This document shows, piece by piece, positions 18,998 through 29,565 of a stretch of DNA of 64,000 nucleotides. This stretch comes from Dehalococcoidia bacterium. GTDB lineage: Bacteria > Chloroflexota > Dehalococcoidia > UBA6926. How positions within the stretch are numbered: position 1 is the stretch's first letter; each line of letters begins with the position of its first letter. Below the pieces are notes generated by a model. The model had not been told where the DNA came from. It ran no database searches and worked only from the letters and a program-made list of their open reading frames with translations. The translations under genes were made by a program, and so were the position numbers. The stretch spans positions 1,058,313-1,122,312 of the forward strand of contig OY762213.1 in NCBI GenBank assembly GCA_963665385.1. The letters are read 5' to 3'.

Positions 18998-21229
18998 ATG
19001 ACAACAGCGCAGCAGCCTGCCGTCGGAGCGCCGATCGGTCGTAATGACGGCCCGGACAAGGTCACCGGTTTGGGGCAGTACTCACTTGACGTGACGCTTC
19101 CCGGGACCTTGTGGTGCAAGATTCTGCGCTCCCCGTATCCCCACGCCCGGGTCAAGTCCATAGACCCGTCGGCGGCGCTGGCGCTGCCCGGCGTTCATGC
19201 GGTTCTCACGCCGGATGAAGTGCAGGGACTGCGCTTCGGAAAGCGGATCATGGATGAGCATGTGTTGGCGTATGATTCTGCGCGCTACATCGGCGATACA
19301 ATCGCCGCCGTTGCCGCGGAGGACGAGGACATTGCGGAGCAGGCGCTGGCCCTCATTGACGTGGACTATGAGGAGCTGCCCAGCGCCGTCACGATGGACG
19401 AGGCGTTGTCGGCGGGTGCGCCGATTCTCCACCCGGAATTCAACTCATACGAGGGCATTCCTGCTGAGCAGGAATCACCGTCCAACATCTTCGCGAAGGG
19501 CACATGGGGCAAAGGTGACGTTGCCGAAGGATTCGCGGAGGCCGACCTGATCGTCGAGTACGAGTACACGACTCCACGCACGCACCAGGGTTATCTTGAG
19601 GTTCACAACACCATTGTCTGGATCGATGAGACCGGCCACGTGCAGGTCTGGCTCGGCTCAAAGTCGCCATTCGCGAACCGCCGCGCCATCGCGCTTGTTA
19701 TCGACGAGGACCCCGACAACATCACCGTCAACTATGCGTATGTGGGCGGGGACTTTGGTGGCAAAGGCGACATCACTGGCGTGCCAGTCTGCTATTTCCT
19801 TGCCAGGAAGACCGGAAGGCCCGTCAAGCTGGCGTTCGACTATTCAGAGGAGTTCTCGGCCATGAATCCCCGGCATGAGAGCACCATGCGCGTCAAGGCG
19901 GGCGTCAAGCGCGACGGCATTCTCACGGCATGGGAAGCTGAGGTCTATTTCAACTCCGGCGCGTACGGCGGCTACAAGCCCGTGCCCGGTTCCAACCTCC
20001 CCGGCATCGCGGAGATCGCGGGGCCGTATGTCATCCCACACGTTCAGATCGATGCCTACCAGGTCTACACCAACACCGTTCCCTGCGGATTCCACCGCTC
20101 ACCGGGAGAGGTGCAGGGCATCTTCGCGGGTGAGTCGCATATGGACCTCATCGCGCAGGAACTCGGCATGGACCCGCTGGAGCTCCGCATCAGGAACGTC
20201 CTGCATGACGGCGATGAGACTCCCGTAGGCCGCGTTTTCCTCGACGTGAAGGCGGAAGAGGTTCTGCGCGAGGCCGGTCGGCTGTCCCGCTGGGACACGC
20301 CTAAAGGCGACAATGTCGGACGGGGCATCGCGTTCGGCCATCGGACGCAGGGCGGCGGCCAGACAACCATCAATATCAGCGTCAACGCGGACGGCAGCGT
20401 TCTCGCCGCCAGCTCCATCTACGACCCCGGCATGGGGAATCACACCATGATGCAGCAGGTGACGGCGGATGAACTCGGCATCGACATCTCACGCGTGTCG
20501 GTTGTTCCGCTCAACACAGATCAAGCCGACTTTGACACAGGTGTCGGCGGCAGCCGCGGCAGCTTCATCATCACGGAGTCAGCATTCATGGCCGCAGATG
20601 ATGTCCGCGGCAAGCTTAAGAGACTCGCAGCCGAATTCAACGGTTGGGACGAGGAAATCGTGGAGTTCGAGTCGGGCGCGCTGGTCAACTCGCGAACCGG
20701 CGAGTCGGTCCCGATGGAGCGAATTGCTGAAAGATCCGGGGAGCCGGTGTTGGGGCTGGGGCGGCTGGAAGAGGCCGCGCAGAGCCCGTACACGTCTTTC
20801 GTGGCCCAGGTGGCGGAGGTGGAGGTCGACCGCGAGACGGGTGAGCCTCACGTCAAGGTCATTACTGCCGTTCACGACACCTCACGCATCATCAATCCCA
20901 TCGGGTTCTACGGGCAGATCGAAGGCGGCATGATCAACGCTTACGGCTTCGCCATGATGGAGGAGCTGACCGTCGATGAGGGCGGCCGCGTGACGAATCC
21001 CTCGTTCGCCGACTTCAAGATGCCGACAGAGCCGGACATCCCAGAACTTCGCATTGGCCTTGTCGAGACGAGCGAGGGCAGGGGTGCCTACCGCGTCAAG
21101 GCCGTCGGCGAGCACTCCAACCTCACAACGCTCCCGGCGATCGCAAACGCCATCGATGATGCTGTTGGCATCAGGGTGAACAGCGTCCCCTTCACCGCGG
21201 AAAAGCTCTACCAGGCCCTCAACGAGTAA
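18998..21229 (+). CDS. Xanthine dehydrogenase/aldehyde oxidase/CO-dehydrogenase-family molybdopterin-binding large subunit. Orphan: no FAD or 2Fe-2S subunit genes adjacent.
   Basis: 743 aa. N-terminal ...GRNDGPDKVTGLGQYSLDVTLPGTLWCKILRSPYPHARV (Ald_Xan_dh_C hammerhead), followed by MoCo-binding domains. Confidence 0.85.
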   Translation: MTTAQQPAVGAPIGRNDGPDKVTGLGQYSLDVTLPGTLWCKILRSPYPHARVKSIDPSAALALPGVHAVLTPDEVQGLRFGKRIMDEHVLAYDSARYIGDTIAAVAAEDEDIAEQALALIDVDYEELPSAVTMDEALSAGAPILHPEFNSYEGIPAEQESPSNIFAKGTWGKGDVAEGFAEADLIVEYEYTTPRTHQGYLEVHNTIVWIDETGHVQVWLGSKSPFANRRAIALVIDEDPDNITVNYAYVGGDFGGKGDITGVPVCYFLARKTGRPVKLAFDYSEEFSAMNPRHESTMRVKAGVKRDGILTAWEAEVYFNSGAYGGYKPVPGSNLPGIAEIAGPYVIPHVQIDAYQVYTNTVPCGFHRSPGEVQGIFAGESHMDLIAQELGMDPLELRIRNVLHDGDETPVGRVFLDVKAEEVLREAGRLSRWDTPKGDNVGRGIAFGHRTQGGGQTTINISVNADGSVLAASSIYDPGMGNHTMMQQVTADELGIDISRVSVVPLNTDQADFDTGVGGSRGSFIITESAFMAADDVRGKLKRLAAEFNGWDEEIVEFESGALVNSRTGESVPMERIAERSGEPVLGLGRLEEAAQSPYTSFVAQVAEVEVDRETGEPHVKVITAVHDTSRIINPIGFYGQIEGGMINAYGFAMMEELTVDEGGRVTNPSFADFKMPTEPDIPELRIGLVETSEGRGAYRVKAVGEHSNLTTLPAIANAIDDAVGIRVNSVPFTAEKLYQALNE

Positions 21230-21360
21230 CTGCGTTACGGCTCTCGGTTCGCGATGGGGTTGGGTGGTCCCTCACGTTAGGTTGCCGCGCCCCGGCTTGT
21301 TGACATCGTTCCACTTATCACTGAACCTCTCCCTCGAAAACGGGAGAGTGAGGAGAGCAA

Positions 21361-22077
21361 GTGAGTTTGATGAGTGTCTCTGTTGAGGCAGTCGTGCAGG
21401 CGTTGGAACGGGCCGAACGTCCGTTGCGCACCCCTGCAATGAGAGCGATTGCGAGGGACGCAGCCCGACAACTGACGCGTGAGCGTGTCGACGTTGAATC
21501 AGTTTTCGCGCTGTGCGATGCGCTGATTGACGCTGAATCCCAGACGGAAGGGGCGAGGACTGTCGCGTTCGAGATTTCCTATCGGCACCGCGGACTCAGG
21601 GACGCACTTGACCGCCGGAAACTGGAACAGTTGGGCCGCACGCTGGACGGCTGGGCATCGGTCGATCACTTTGCCCGCAAAGTGATCGACCCGGCTTGGC
21701 AACGGGGCCAGATTTCGGATTCCGCCGTGATGGCGTGGGCCCGTTCAAAAAACTTCTGGTGGCGTAGGGCAGGGCTGGTCTCGACCATCGCGCTGAATGA
21801 GCGGCATCTTGGCAGGGGAGATGCCGCACGTACGCTGGCAATCTGTGAGTTGTTCATCGACGAGAAGGCAGACCTGCATATCAAGGCGCTGAGCTGGGCG
21901 CTGCGTGAATTAGGTCAACGCGACCCGCAGCCTGTTCTGAAATTCATCGAGCGGCATGAGGTCAGGCTCGCGCCCCGCATCATCCGTGAGGTTCGGAACA
22001 AACTTACCACCGGCCACAAGATGGCCAGACCGTCGGAGGCGATGCAACGGCGGATGCAGGCTCGCGCTCGCCCGTGA
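21361..22077 (+). CDS. DNA alkylation repair protein (AlkD/AlkC-like HEAT-repeat DNA glycosylase family)
   Basis: WARSKNFWWRRAGLVSTIALN and KALSWALRELG are typical of PF08713. GTG start with a GAGGAGAG Shine-Dalgarno. Confidence 0.7.
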   Translation: MSLMSVSVEAVVQALERAERPLRTPAMRAIARDAARQLTRERVDVESVFALCDALIDAESQTEGARTVAFEISYRHRGLRDALDRRKLEQLGRTLDGWASVDHFARKVIDPAWQRGQISDSAVMAWARSKNFWWRRAGLVSTIALNERHLGRGDAARTLAICELFIDEKADLHIKALSWALRELGQRDPQPVLKFIERHEVRLAPRIIREVRNKLTTGHKMARPSEAMQRRMQARARP

Positions 22078-22089
22078 CACAATACCGGC

Positions 22090-23139
22090 ATGACGGAGCC
22101 AACCGAGGATCGATTAGTCGCACCTGAAACGCAGAACGAGGAAGGCGCACTTGAGAACGGCCTGCGCCCTCGCCGCCTGCCGGACTACGTCGGCCAAAGC
22201 CGCGTCATTGACAACCTCAAGGTCTCCATCCAGGCCGCGCTGCAGCGCAGTGAGCCGCTCGATCACGTTCTCTTGCATGGCCCGCCCGGCCTTGGCAAGA
22301 CCACGCTCGCCTTCATCATTGCCGCGGAGATGGGCGTCAGTGTCCGTGTCACCGCCGGACCGTCGTTCACACGCGCCGGCGATCTCGCGCAGATGCTTAC
22401 GCAACTCCGGCCTCATGATGTCCTCTTCGTGGATGAATTTCACCGCCTACCACGGTCAGTAGAAGAAGTCCTCTATCCCGTGATGGAGGACCACGTGCTG
22501 GACATCATGATCGGCAAGGGGCCCGGCGCGCATTCCGTTCGGGTCAGTCTGCCGCCGTTCACGCTCGTCGGCGCAACCACCCGCTACGCGCTACTCAGCA
22601 ACCCGCTGCGCGACCGTTTCGGCGCGACATACCGGCTGGATTTCTATACGCCGGAAGAGATTGGCAACATCCTCGTTCGCTCTGCCAAAGTGCTGAATGT
22701 TGATGCGACGGACGATGGGTTGGGCGAGATCGCCGGGCGGTCGCGTGGGACGCCGCGCGTGGCAAATCGACTACTGCGTCGCGTCCGCGACTACGCGCAA
22801 GTCAAGGGCGACGGTATCGTGACCGGAGAGGCGGCGCGTGAGGCGCTGGACAGTCTCGGCATCGACTCGCTCGGACTGGATGATACGGATCATCGCGTGC
22901 TGGACAGCCTGATCAATTCGTTTGGCGGCGGGCCTGTAGGGCTGGAAACCCTGGCATCGTCAATCGCGGAGGAGCCGGACACCGTCATGGATGTGTATGA
23001 GCCGTATCTACTGCAGCTGGGCTTCCTGGACAGGACACCGCGGGGTCGCCGAGCCACCCGCCGCGCCTATGAGCACCTCGGTGTCGAGCCACCTCCACAG
23101 AACGGCGGGCCCGACCCAAACCGCCCCCAATTGTTGTAG
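22090..23139 (+). CDS. ruvB: Holliday junction branch-migration ATPase RuvB
   Basis: [12 protein letters not shown]...[18 protein letters not shown] (Walker A), LFVDEFHRL, and the winged-helix C-terminus. Confidence 0.93.
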   Translation: MTEPTEDRLVAPETQNEEGALENGLRPRRLPDYVGQSRVIDNLKVSIQAALQRSEPLDHVLLHGPPGLGKTTLAFIIAAEMGVSVRVTAGPSFTRAGDLAQMLTQLRPHDVLFVDEFHRLPRSVEEVLYPVMEDHVLDIMIGKGPGAHSVRVSLPPFTLVGATTRYALLSNPLRDRFGATYRLDFYTPEEIGNILVRSAKVLNVDATDDGLGEIAGRSRGTPRVANRLLRRVRDYAQVKGDGIVTGEAAREALDSLGIDSLGLDDTDHRVLDSLINSFGGGPVGLETLASSIAEEPDTVMDVYEPYLLQLGFLDRTPRGRRATRRAYEHLGVEPPPQNGGPDPNRPQLL

Positions 23140-23171
23140 ATGGCCGCCCAATGAGGGCAGATGTACGCGCG

Positions 23172-23202
23172 TTTACACTCTGACTCCCGCCTGGCTTATA
23201 AT
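23172..23202 (+). promoter_or_regulatory. Candidate sigma70-like promoter upstream of def (TTTACA...TATAAT)
   Basis: tttaca (23172-23177), spacer about 19 nt, tataat (23197-23202), about 15 nt before the def ATG. Confidence 0.4.
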
Positions 23203-23216
23203 TTGAGTTGCCGCCT

Positions 23217-23837
23217 ATGACTGTCATTCCGGTTCGCCAAATACCTGACCCTGTCCTGCGCGAAAAGACGAAGCGCGTGCCAAGCATCACACCCGCGCTG
23301 CGTTCGCTTGTCGATGACATGATCGAGACCATGTACAAGGAGCATGGCGTCGGCATTGCCGCCAACCAGGTAGGGCGCAGCCTGCGTATCACCTATATCG
23401 AGATTCCTGAGGAGCGCGATGAGGACGGCAATGTCGTGCAGGAGCACTTGTCGCACATCCTGATTAACCCGGAGATCATCCGCCGCGTTGGTGAACGAGA
23501 GGTCGAGGAGGGCTGCCTGAGCCTCCCGGGCTGGCGCGGAAAGCTGATCCGCTCCGAGCGCGTGACGGCCAAGGCGCTTGACCTTGACGGGCGGGAGATC
23601 AGGATCAAGGCGGACGGACTGCTGGCGCAGGCGCTTGAGCATGAGACCGACCACCTCAACGGCATCGTGTACATAGACCGCATGGAGAACATCGAAGAGT
23701 TGTGTCCACTTGATTTGCGGGCCGATGAAGATGCTGAACGGCAAGCGTCCGAAAACGGGGAATCCAAGCCGCCGCCCGATCCCAACCTTGTGTGGCGACT
23801 GCGCCAGCCTGTCGCGCCGGTCGCGCGCCGACGATGA
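23217..23837 (+). CDS. def: Peptide deformylase with a C-terminal extension
   Basis: GIAANQVG, EGCLSLPG and HETDHLNG motifs. C-terminal tail of about 35 aa beyond the canonical fold. ATG 23217 preferred over TTG 23208. Confidence 0.9.
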   Translation: MTVIPVRQIPDPVLREKTKRVPSITPALRSLVDDMIETMYKEHGVGIAANQVGRSLRITYIEIPEERDEDGNVVQEHLSHILINPEIIRRVGEREVEEGCLSLPGWRGKLIRSERVTAKALDLDGREIRIKADGLLAQALEHETDHLNGIVYIDRMENIEELCPLDLRADEDAERQASENGESKPPPDPNLVWRLRQPVAPVARRR

Positions 23838-25384
23838 GCGTTAACGTGCCCCCCACCGACGTTCACGGGACATCTATCGGCGAGATGCTTGAGCGCGCTC
23901 GCGTCTTTCTTGCGAGCCAGCAGGTCGCCGCGTGGATGGTTGGCGGATCCGTCCGTGATATGCTCCTCGGCGTCCAAACTGCTGACGCCGATCTGGTAGT
24001 CGATGCGGCAAACGTTCCGGAGCTGGGCAGACGGTTCGCCGACGAGATCGGCGGTGCGTTTTATCAGCTTGACCAGGAACGGAACTATGTCCGCGTTCTT
24101 TCCGCAGAGGATGTGGAGGGGGAACGAACGCGGTTGGATGTCACGCCGCTTGGTGATCAAGATATTGCTACTGAACTGTCGCGGCGTGATTTCACGGTCA
24201 ACGCAATTGCGCTGCCGCTGGAGAACTGGCGGACGCCGGATAATCTCATCGACCCGCTCGACGGCTGCGCTGATCTCAGACGCCGTGTCCTCCGCGCCGT
24301 CACACCCACCATCTACACCGATGACGGTATCCGCCTCATGCGCCTGGCAAGACTGGCAGGGCAGTTGGGGTTCACTATCGAGGACGAAACGGCGGCATTG
24401 GCCAAACGCGACTCCGCTCATATCGGGGACGTTTCGCCCGATCGGCTGCGCGACGAATTCTGCAAGGTGTTAGGGCTTCGCGATGCGAAATCAGCCTTGC
24501 GCCTGCTCGATAATATCGGCGTGCTCAGCCGCATCATGCCGGAACTCGATGCCGCGCGCGGCGTGACACAGCCTGTCGAGCACTATTGGGACGTATTCAA
24601 CCATCTCATCGAGACCGTCGGATTCATGGACGATCTGCTTGACGCAGGCAGGCGCATGACCGACTCCACCCTCTCGCAAATGCCGTGGAGCGAGAACGTC
24701 GCTAACTATTTTGCAGAAGAGGTGTCCGGCGGCGCTGATCGCGCCACGCTGACCAAACTCGCCTGCCTGCTGCATGACATTGCCAAGCCTCAGACCAAGA
24801 CCGTGGAAGAGTCCGGCAAGACACGCTTTCTCGGCCACCCGGAGCAAGGAGCGGAAACGACGGAGGCGGTGATGGAGCGGCTGCATTTCAGCCGCCGAGC
24901 CAACGCCTACGTCACGCTGGCCGTTCGGCAGCACCTGCGACCCATGCAGCTCAGCAACAATCTTGAAACCCCAACGCGCCGCGCCCTCTATCGCTTCAAA
25001 CGTGATCTGGGGGATGCGGCAATCGGGGCAGTGTGGCTTGCCATGGCAGACTTTTTGGCCGCAAAGGGCCCCATGCTCGACCCTAATGAGTGGCGAAGGC
25101 GAGTCAGCCACTGTAGCCTAGTAATGGAGTCGATACTCGACGAGCCTGCTGATGACATGGCCGCGCCGCAGTTGGTGAATGGCCACATGCTCATGGAAGC
25201 GCTTGACGTTGGCCCCGGCCCACAGGTGGGGCAAATACTTGAGGCTGTCAGAGAGGCGTTGGCCGCCGACGAGGTGTCGAGTTCTGAGGAGGCATTAACG
25301 TTTGCCCGCCGGGAATGGGAGGCACGGTTCGGCCCCCTGGCAGGCGAGCGCGGGGAAGATGATGCAGTGAGGAGAGGAAACTGA
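23834..25384 (+). CDS. cca: tRNA nucleotidyltransferase (CCA-adding) / poly(A) polymerase family with HD domain
   Basis: GGSVRDMLLG...DADLVVD head-domain motifs and an HD region (LLHDIAKP). Start is uncertain: the track ORF begins at 23792, ATG 23834 overlaps the def stop. Confidence 0.85.
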   Translation: MSVNVPPTDVHGTSIGEMLERARVFLASQQVAAWMVGGSVRDMLLGVQTADADLVVDAANVPELGRRFADEIGGAFYQLDQERNYVRVLSAEDVEGERTRLDVTPLGDQDIATELSRRDFTVNAIALPLENWRTPDNLIDPLDGCADLRRRVLRAVTPTIYTDDGIRLMRLARLAGQLGFTIEDETAALAKRDSAHIGDVSPDRLRDEFCKVLGLRDAKSALRLLDNIGVLSRIMPELDAARGVTQPVEHYWDVFNHLIETVGFMDDLLDAGRRMTDSTLSQMPWSENVANYFAEEVSGGADRATLTKLACLLHDIAKPQTKTVEESGKTRFLGHPEQGAETTEAVMERLHFSRRANAYVTLAVRQHLRPMQLSNNLETPTRRALYRFKRDLGDAAIGAVWLAMADFLAAKGPMLDPNEWRRRVSHCSLVMESILDEPADDMAAPQLVNGHMLMEALDVGPGPQVGQILEAVREALAADEVSSSEEALTFARREWEARFGPLAGERGEDDAVRRGN

Positions 25385-25385
25385 G

Positions 25386-27095
25386 TTGGAGCGAGTGAGC
25401 GGCTTACTCGGTGCAGTCGCTAGTCGGCTGCAGAGATGGATCATTCCTGGTTTCATCGTTTTATTTGTCCTTTTTGCGGCGCTCAGCCTCATGCGAGATG
25501 AATGGCGCATTCCACTGACGGACATCGAGCGCGGCCAGCAGGATACACCGCTTGGCCTGACGCTCGGTCTGGATCTACAGGGCGGCGTCCACCTCGTATA
25601 TGAAACCGTCGATCCGAATCCCACTCCGGAACAGTTGAACGGTGTGGTGCAGATCATCCGCACGCGCGTCGACCAATTCGGAGTAGCGGAGCCCCTCATT
25701 CAGACGCTTGGCGCGAACCGCATCGTTGTTCAGCTGCCGGGCGTGCAGGACGTGCAGGCGGCCAAGGACCTCATCGGTGCGCCCGCCGTCCTCGATTTCC
25801 GTGAGCTTATCCCGATCCCAATCGAGCCCGGGGAAGATACGGGGGCCACAACCGACTCGGCATCTGATGACGCGACCGATGCGGAGGCAACTCCTGAACC
25901 AGAACCCACTATTGATGATGGCGCAGAATCAACACCTGTTCCGGCTGATCCAACGCCGTCCAGCGCTGCAGAGTCAACTGCGGGCCCGTCGGACGGAACA
26001 ACGTCTGCGCCTAAGTTGGCAAATGTCTCGCCATCTATAGCGGCTCAGACGACCCCCGAGCCAACTACAGTGACCACCCCTCTGCCATCCGCCACTGCGG
26101 TGACGACCCCGGAAACGACTGCTACAGAAGAGCCAACCCAACCCGTAGTAGAAACGCCGACGCCTGAGCCTGATGCTGAGTTCCGCCTTGAGTGGGAGAT
26201 CGCGACAGCGGTAGTTGACGGCGAAGAGGTTGAACTGACGGGAGACCGGCTGGAGCCCGGCTCCGCGCAGGTGGGATTCAACCCGACAACGGGCGCGCCA
26301 GAAGTGTATTTCCAGATGGACAGCCAGGGCAGGGAGGCGTTCCGCCTCGTTTCACGACGCCTGGTCGGCCAACTGATGGGGATCTTTCTTGACGATGAAG
26401 CCATATTGACGCCCCGCATACAGTCCGAGATTCCAACGAGCCCACGCATCACCGGACTCGATCTTGCAGAAGCGCAGATCCTCGCCATTCAGCTCAACGC
26501 GGGCGCGTTCCCAATCCCGCTGGAGAAGGAGCCGATCCTGGAGCGGGACGTGGACGCATTCCTTGGGGCCGACGCTCTTGAGCGGGGCCTGCGCGCCGGA
26601 ATGGTCGGCATCCTGCTTGTCGCACTGTTCATGGTGCTCTATTACCGCATGAACGGCGTCGTTGCGGCCGTCGCCCTCATCATCTACGCCATCCTTGTCC
26701 TCGGCACGTTCAAGTCGATTCCCGTCGTGCTAACCCTCTCCGGCCTCGCAGCATTCGTCCTCTCGTTTGGCTTTGCCGTCGACGCCAATGTCCTGATATT
26801 CGAGCGGATGAAGGAGGAATTGCGGGCAGGCCGCAGTATGGGCTCAGCGATCGACATCGGATTCAATCGTGCCTGGCCCGCTATCAGGGACGGCAACTTC
26901 ACGACGCTAATCATCGCCGCCATCCTCTTCTGGTTCGGCGAACGGCTGGGCGCGAGCCTCGTGCAGGGCTTTGCATTGACGCTGGCCATCGGCATCGTGC
27001 TCAGCATGTTCAGCGCGCTGGTCATCACGCGCCGCCTGCTGCGCCTGGTGACCAACTTTGAGCCGCTCCGCAAGACGAGGTTCTATATTCCGTAA
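25386..27095 (+). CDS. secD: Protein translocase subunit SecD, with a Pro/Thr/Glu/Ala-rich low-complexity insertion
   Basis: LGLDLQGGVHLVYE and the C-terminal TM bundle. About 140 aa of PEPTPEP/TTPETTATEEPT low complexity falls inside the periplasmic domain (about 25810..26240). Confidence 0.9.
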   Translation: MERVSGLLGAVASRLQRWIIPGFIVLFVLFAALSLMRDEWRIPLTDIERGQQDTPLGLTLGLDLQGGVHLVYETVDPNPTPEQLNGVVQIIRTRVDQFGVAEPLIQTLGANRIVVQLPGVQDVQAAKDLIGAPAVLDFRELIPIPIEPGEDTGATTDSASDDATDAEATPEPEPTIDDGAESTPVPADPTPSSAAESTAGPSDGTTSAPKLANVSPSIAAQTTPEPTTVTTPLPSATAVTTPETTATEEPTQPVVETPTPEPDAEFRLEWEIATAVVDGEEVELTGDRLEPGSAQVGFNPTTGAPEVYFQMDSQGREAFRLVSRRLVGQLMGIFLDDEAILTPRIQSEIPTSPRITGLDLAEAQILAIQLNAGAFPIPLEKEPILERDVDAFLGADALERGLRAGMVGILLVALFMVLYYRMNGVVAAVALIIYAILVLGTFKSIPVVLTLSGLAAFVLSFGFAVDANVLIFERMKEELRAGRSMGSAIDIGFNRAWPAIRDGNFTTLIIAAILFWFGERLGASLVQGFALTLAIGIVLSMFSALVITRRLLRLVTNFEPLRKTRFYIP

Positions 27096-27108
27096 GGGGA
27101 AGCCGAGA

Positions 27109-28077
27109 ATGATTAACTTTGCGAAATACCGGGCCACGTACTTCCTCTTTTCCCTCGTGCTTATCGTTGGCGGTTTGGCAGCCCTATTCCTCGGGCCCGG
27201 ACTGAGCTTCAGCATCGAATTCAGCAGTGGCGCGGCCGTTGATGCCACATTTGTCGCCCCGACTGAGCAGGAGGCCGTAGAGGAGGCCATCGATTCGCTG
27301 GGGTATGAAGGGGCACTAGTGCAGGGGATCGGCGACCGTGAGTTCTTCCTGCGACTGCCGTTGGCGGAACAATCCGAGCGGCAGCAGCTGGACGTGCGCA
27401 ATGCGCTTGAGGAATACGCCGGACCGCTGCAGGGCTACAGCTTTGACCTCGTCTCGCCTGCTGTCGCCCGCGAGACAGTGAGGAACGGCTTGTTTGCCGT
27501 CCTGATAGCCGTCGTCGGCATTCTCGGCTACATCGTCTACGCCTTCCGCAGCATCCGCCACCCGTTCCGCTACGGCATCGCAGCCATCATCGCCCTTGTG
27601 CATGACATCGCCGTTGCCTTTGCCCTGGCCGGACTGTTCATGCTGGTCGGTTCGCAATGGCTCCATCTGGAGATCAGCAGCATGTTCCTTGTCGGCGTCC
27701 TGACCCTGCTCGGCTACAGCATTAACGACACCATCGTCATCTTTGACCGCATCCGTGAGAACATCCTGCGTGATACGAACCGCGATATCGTCGCCACAAC
27801 CAACTACTCGATCATGGAGAGCATGGGGCGCTCCATCAACACGAGTTTCACGACGCTCGTTGTCTTGTTGGCCCTGTTCCTGCTTGGGCCGGTAACGATC
27901 CGGGATTTCCTATTCGTCATGATTATCGGCGTCGTGTCCGGGACATACAGCTCCATCTTCACCGCCTCACAAGTCATCGTTTCGTGGGAGACGCGGAGCT
28001 TTGGCAATATTCCGTTTATCGGCGGCGGGCGTGGCGGCTCGACGTCTTCAGCGGCCACGTCGCCTAGCGCCTCCTGA
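27109..28077 (+). CDS. secF: Protein translocase subunit SecF
   Basis: MINFAKYRATYFLFSLVLIVGG... with an AAGGGGA Shine-Dalgarno before ATG 27109, immediately after secD. Confidence 0.9.
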   Translation: MINFAKYRATYFLFSLVLIVGGLAALFLGPGLSFSIEFSSGAAVDATFVAPTEQEAVEEAIDSLGYEGALVQGIGDREFFLRLPLAEQSERQQLDVRNALEEYAGPLQGYSFDLVSPAVARETVRNGLFAVLIAVVGILGYIVYAFRSIRHPFRYGIAAIIALVHDIAVAFALAGLFMLVGSQWLHLEISSMFLVGVLTLLGYSINDTIVIFDRIRENILRDTNRDIVATTNYSIMESMGRSINTSFTTLVVLLALFLLGPVTIRDFLFVMIIGVVSGTYSSIFTASQVIVSWETRSFGNIPFIGGGRGGSTSSAATSPSAS

Positions 28078-28121
28078 TGCAGGGACGATAGCGAGGGCAG
28101 GGCGTTCACGGAGGCCAGACC

Positions 28122-28916
28122 ATGACCGTCACGACTGAACGCATCACCATAGACAGCGACGGCATTGAGCTGGTCGGTGCGATCTCCGTTCCTGACGGGC
28201 AGGGGCCGCATCCGGCAGTTGTTCTCTGCCATGGAATGCCCGCCGCCCGCCCTACGCCAACGGCAGACATCACGCTCTCTGCCCCAACCGATGACGGCCT
28301 CACATACGCCGAGATTGCAGAACTGTGCGCGCACCGCGGCCTCGCCGCAGTCATCTTCAACTTCCGCGGCACGGGCGAGAGCGACGGCAATTTCCATCCG
28401 CTGGGATGGGCGCAAGATTTGGAGGCCGTGTTGTCATGGGTGTGGGAACGTCCCGAGGTGGACATCGACCGCATCGGCGTGCTTGGCTCGAGTATGGGCG
28501 CTCGCGTGGCAATCCACGTTGCCGCACGCAGGCCAGAGGTGGCTGCAGTGCTTTCCTTCGCGTCACCGGCGCGCTCTCGGTGGAGCCGCTCGCCAGAAGA
28601 GATGGTGCAGAACGCGCGAGAAGTGGGAATCATCCGTGACCCCGACTTTCCTCCCTCGGCACAACGCTGGGCCGATGAGTACCAGGAGATGGACGTGACA
28701 CAGTCCGTTGGACGTGTTGCGCCACGTCCGTTGCTGCTGATGCACGGGGACGCAGATGACGTCGTGTCGCCGGACGACGCACACGCGCTCCTGGAGGCTT
28801 CCGATCAATCCGTGACGGAGCTGATGATGCTGCCGGGGGCGGGGCATCGATTCCGCAGCAACGTGGAAGCCGTGGACATCGCCGTCAACTGGCTGGTGAA
28901 GACGCTCTCGGCGTGA
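28122..28916 (+). CDS. Alpha/beta-hydrolase (dienelactone hydrolase / BAAT-like serine hydrolase)
   Basis: GSSMGARVA nucleophile elbow, and LLMHGDADDVV. Confidence 0.7.
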   Translation: MTVTTERITIDSDGIELVGAISVPDGQGPHPAVVLCHGMPAARPTPTADITLSAPTDDGLTYAEIAELCAHRGLAAVIFNFRGTGESDGNFHPLGWAQDLEAVLSWVWERPEVDIDRIGVLGSSMGARVAIHVAARRPEVAAVLSFASPARSRWSRSPEEMVQNAREVGIIRDPDFPPSAQRWADEYQEMDVTQSVGRVAPRPLLLMHGDADDVVSPDDAHALLEASDQSVTELMMLPGAGHRFRSNVEAVDIAVNWLVKTLSA

Positions 28917-28926
28917 CGGCTGGGAC

Positions 28927-29565
28927 ATGACCGGCCTTCTCGAAACGCTTGGCGGGTGGATCCAGGAAGTCATCCTCGCCATCGGTTACCCCGGAATAGT
29001 CTTTCTCATGGCCGCCGAAAACATCTTTCCACCTGTGCCGTCTGAGTTCGTGCTTCCATTCGCCGGCGCGTTGTCCGCAAATGACGAGCTGAATTTCTGG
29101 GGGGTTGTCGCGGCGGGCACTGCAGGCTCCGTCATTGGTGCACTGGTTCTCTACGCCGTCGGATACTTCGCCCGAGAAGCCGGCGTGCGCCGCATAGTCG
29201 TTACATATGGAAAATATGCGTTCATCTCGGAGAACGACCTTGACCGTGCCACTGCGTGGTTCGAACGCTACGGCGAAGCGGCAATCGTCTTTGGACGGCT
29301 GATTCCCATCATTCGCAGCGTGATTTCAATTCCGGCGGGCTATACCCGCATGAACCTTCTAAAGTTTCTCCTCTTTACCACCTTGGGAACATTCCTCTGG
29401 AGCCTGTTGCAGGTCTATATCGGCTGGGTGCTGGGCGAGAACTGGGAGAGGATCACGGAAATCACGGGCCCGTATCAAAACGCTACGCTGATACTGATGG
29501 CGGCGGGTGTCGTGGGTTTCTTCGGCTGGCGCGCCTACAAGTGGAGAAGGAACAGGAGTGATTAA
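28927..29565 (+). CDS. DedA/SNARE-associated (TVP38) family membrane protein
   Basis: GYPGIVFLMAAENIFPPVPSEFVLPFAGAL is the DedA signature. Confidence 0.85.
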   Translation: MTGLLETLGGWIQEVILAIGYPGIVFLMAAENIFPPVPSEFVLPFAGALSANDELNFWGVVAAGTAGSVIGALVLYAVGYFAREAGVRRIVVTYGKYAFISENDLDRATAWFERYGEAAIVFGRLIPIIRSVISIPAGYTRMNLLKFLLFTTLGTFLWSLLQVYIGWVLGENWERITEITGPYQNATLILMAAGVVGFFGWRAYKWRRNRSD

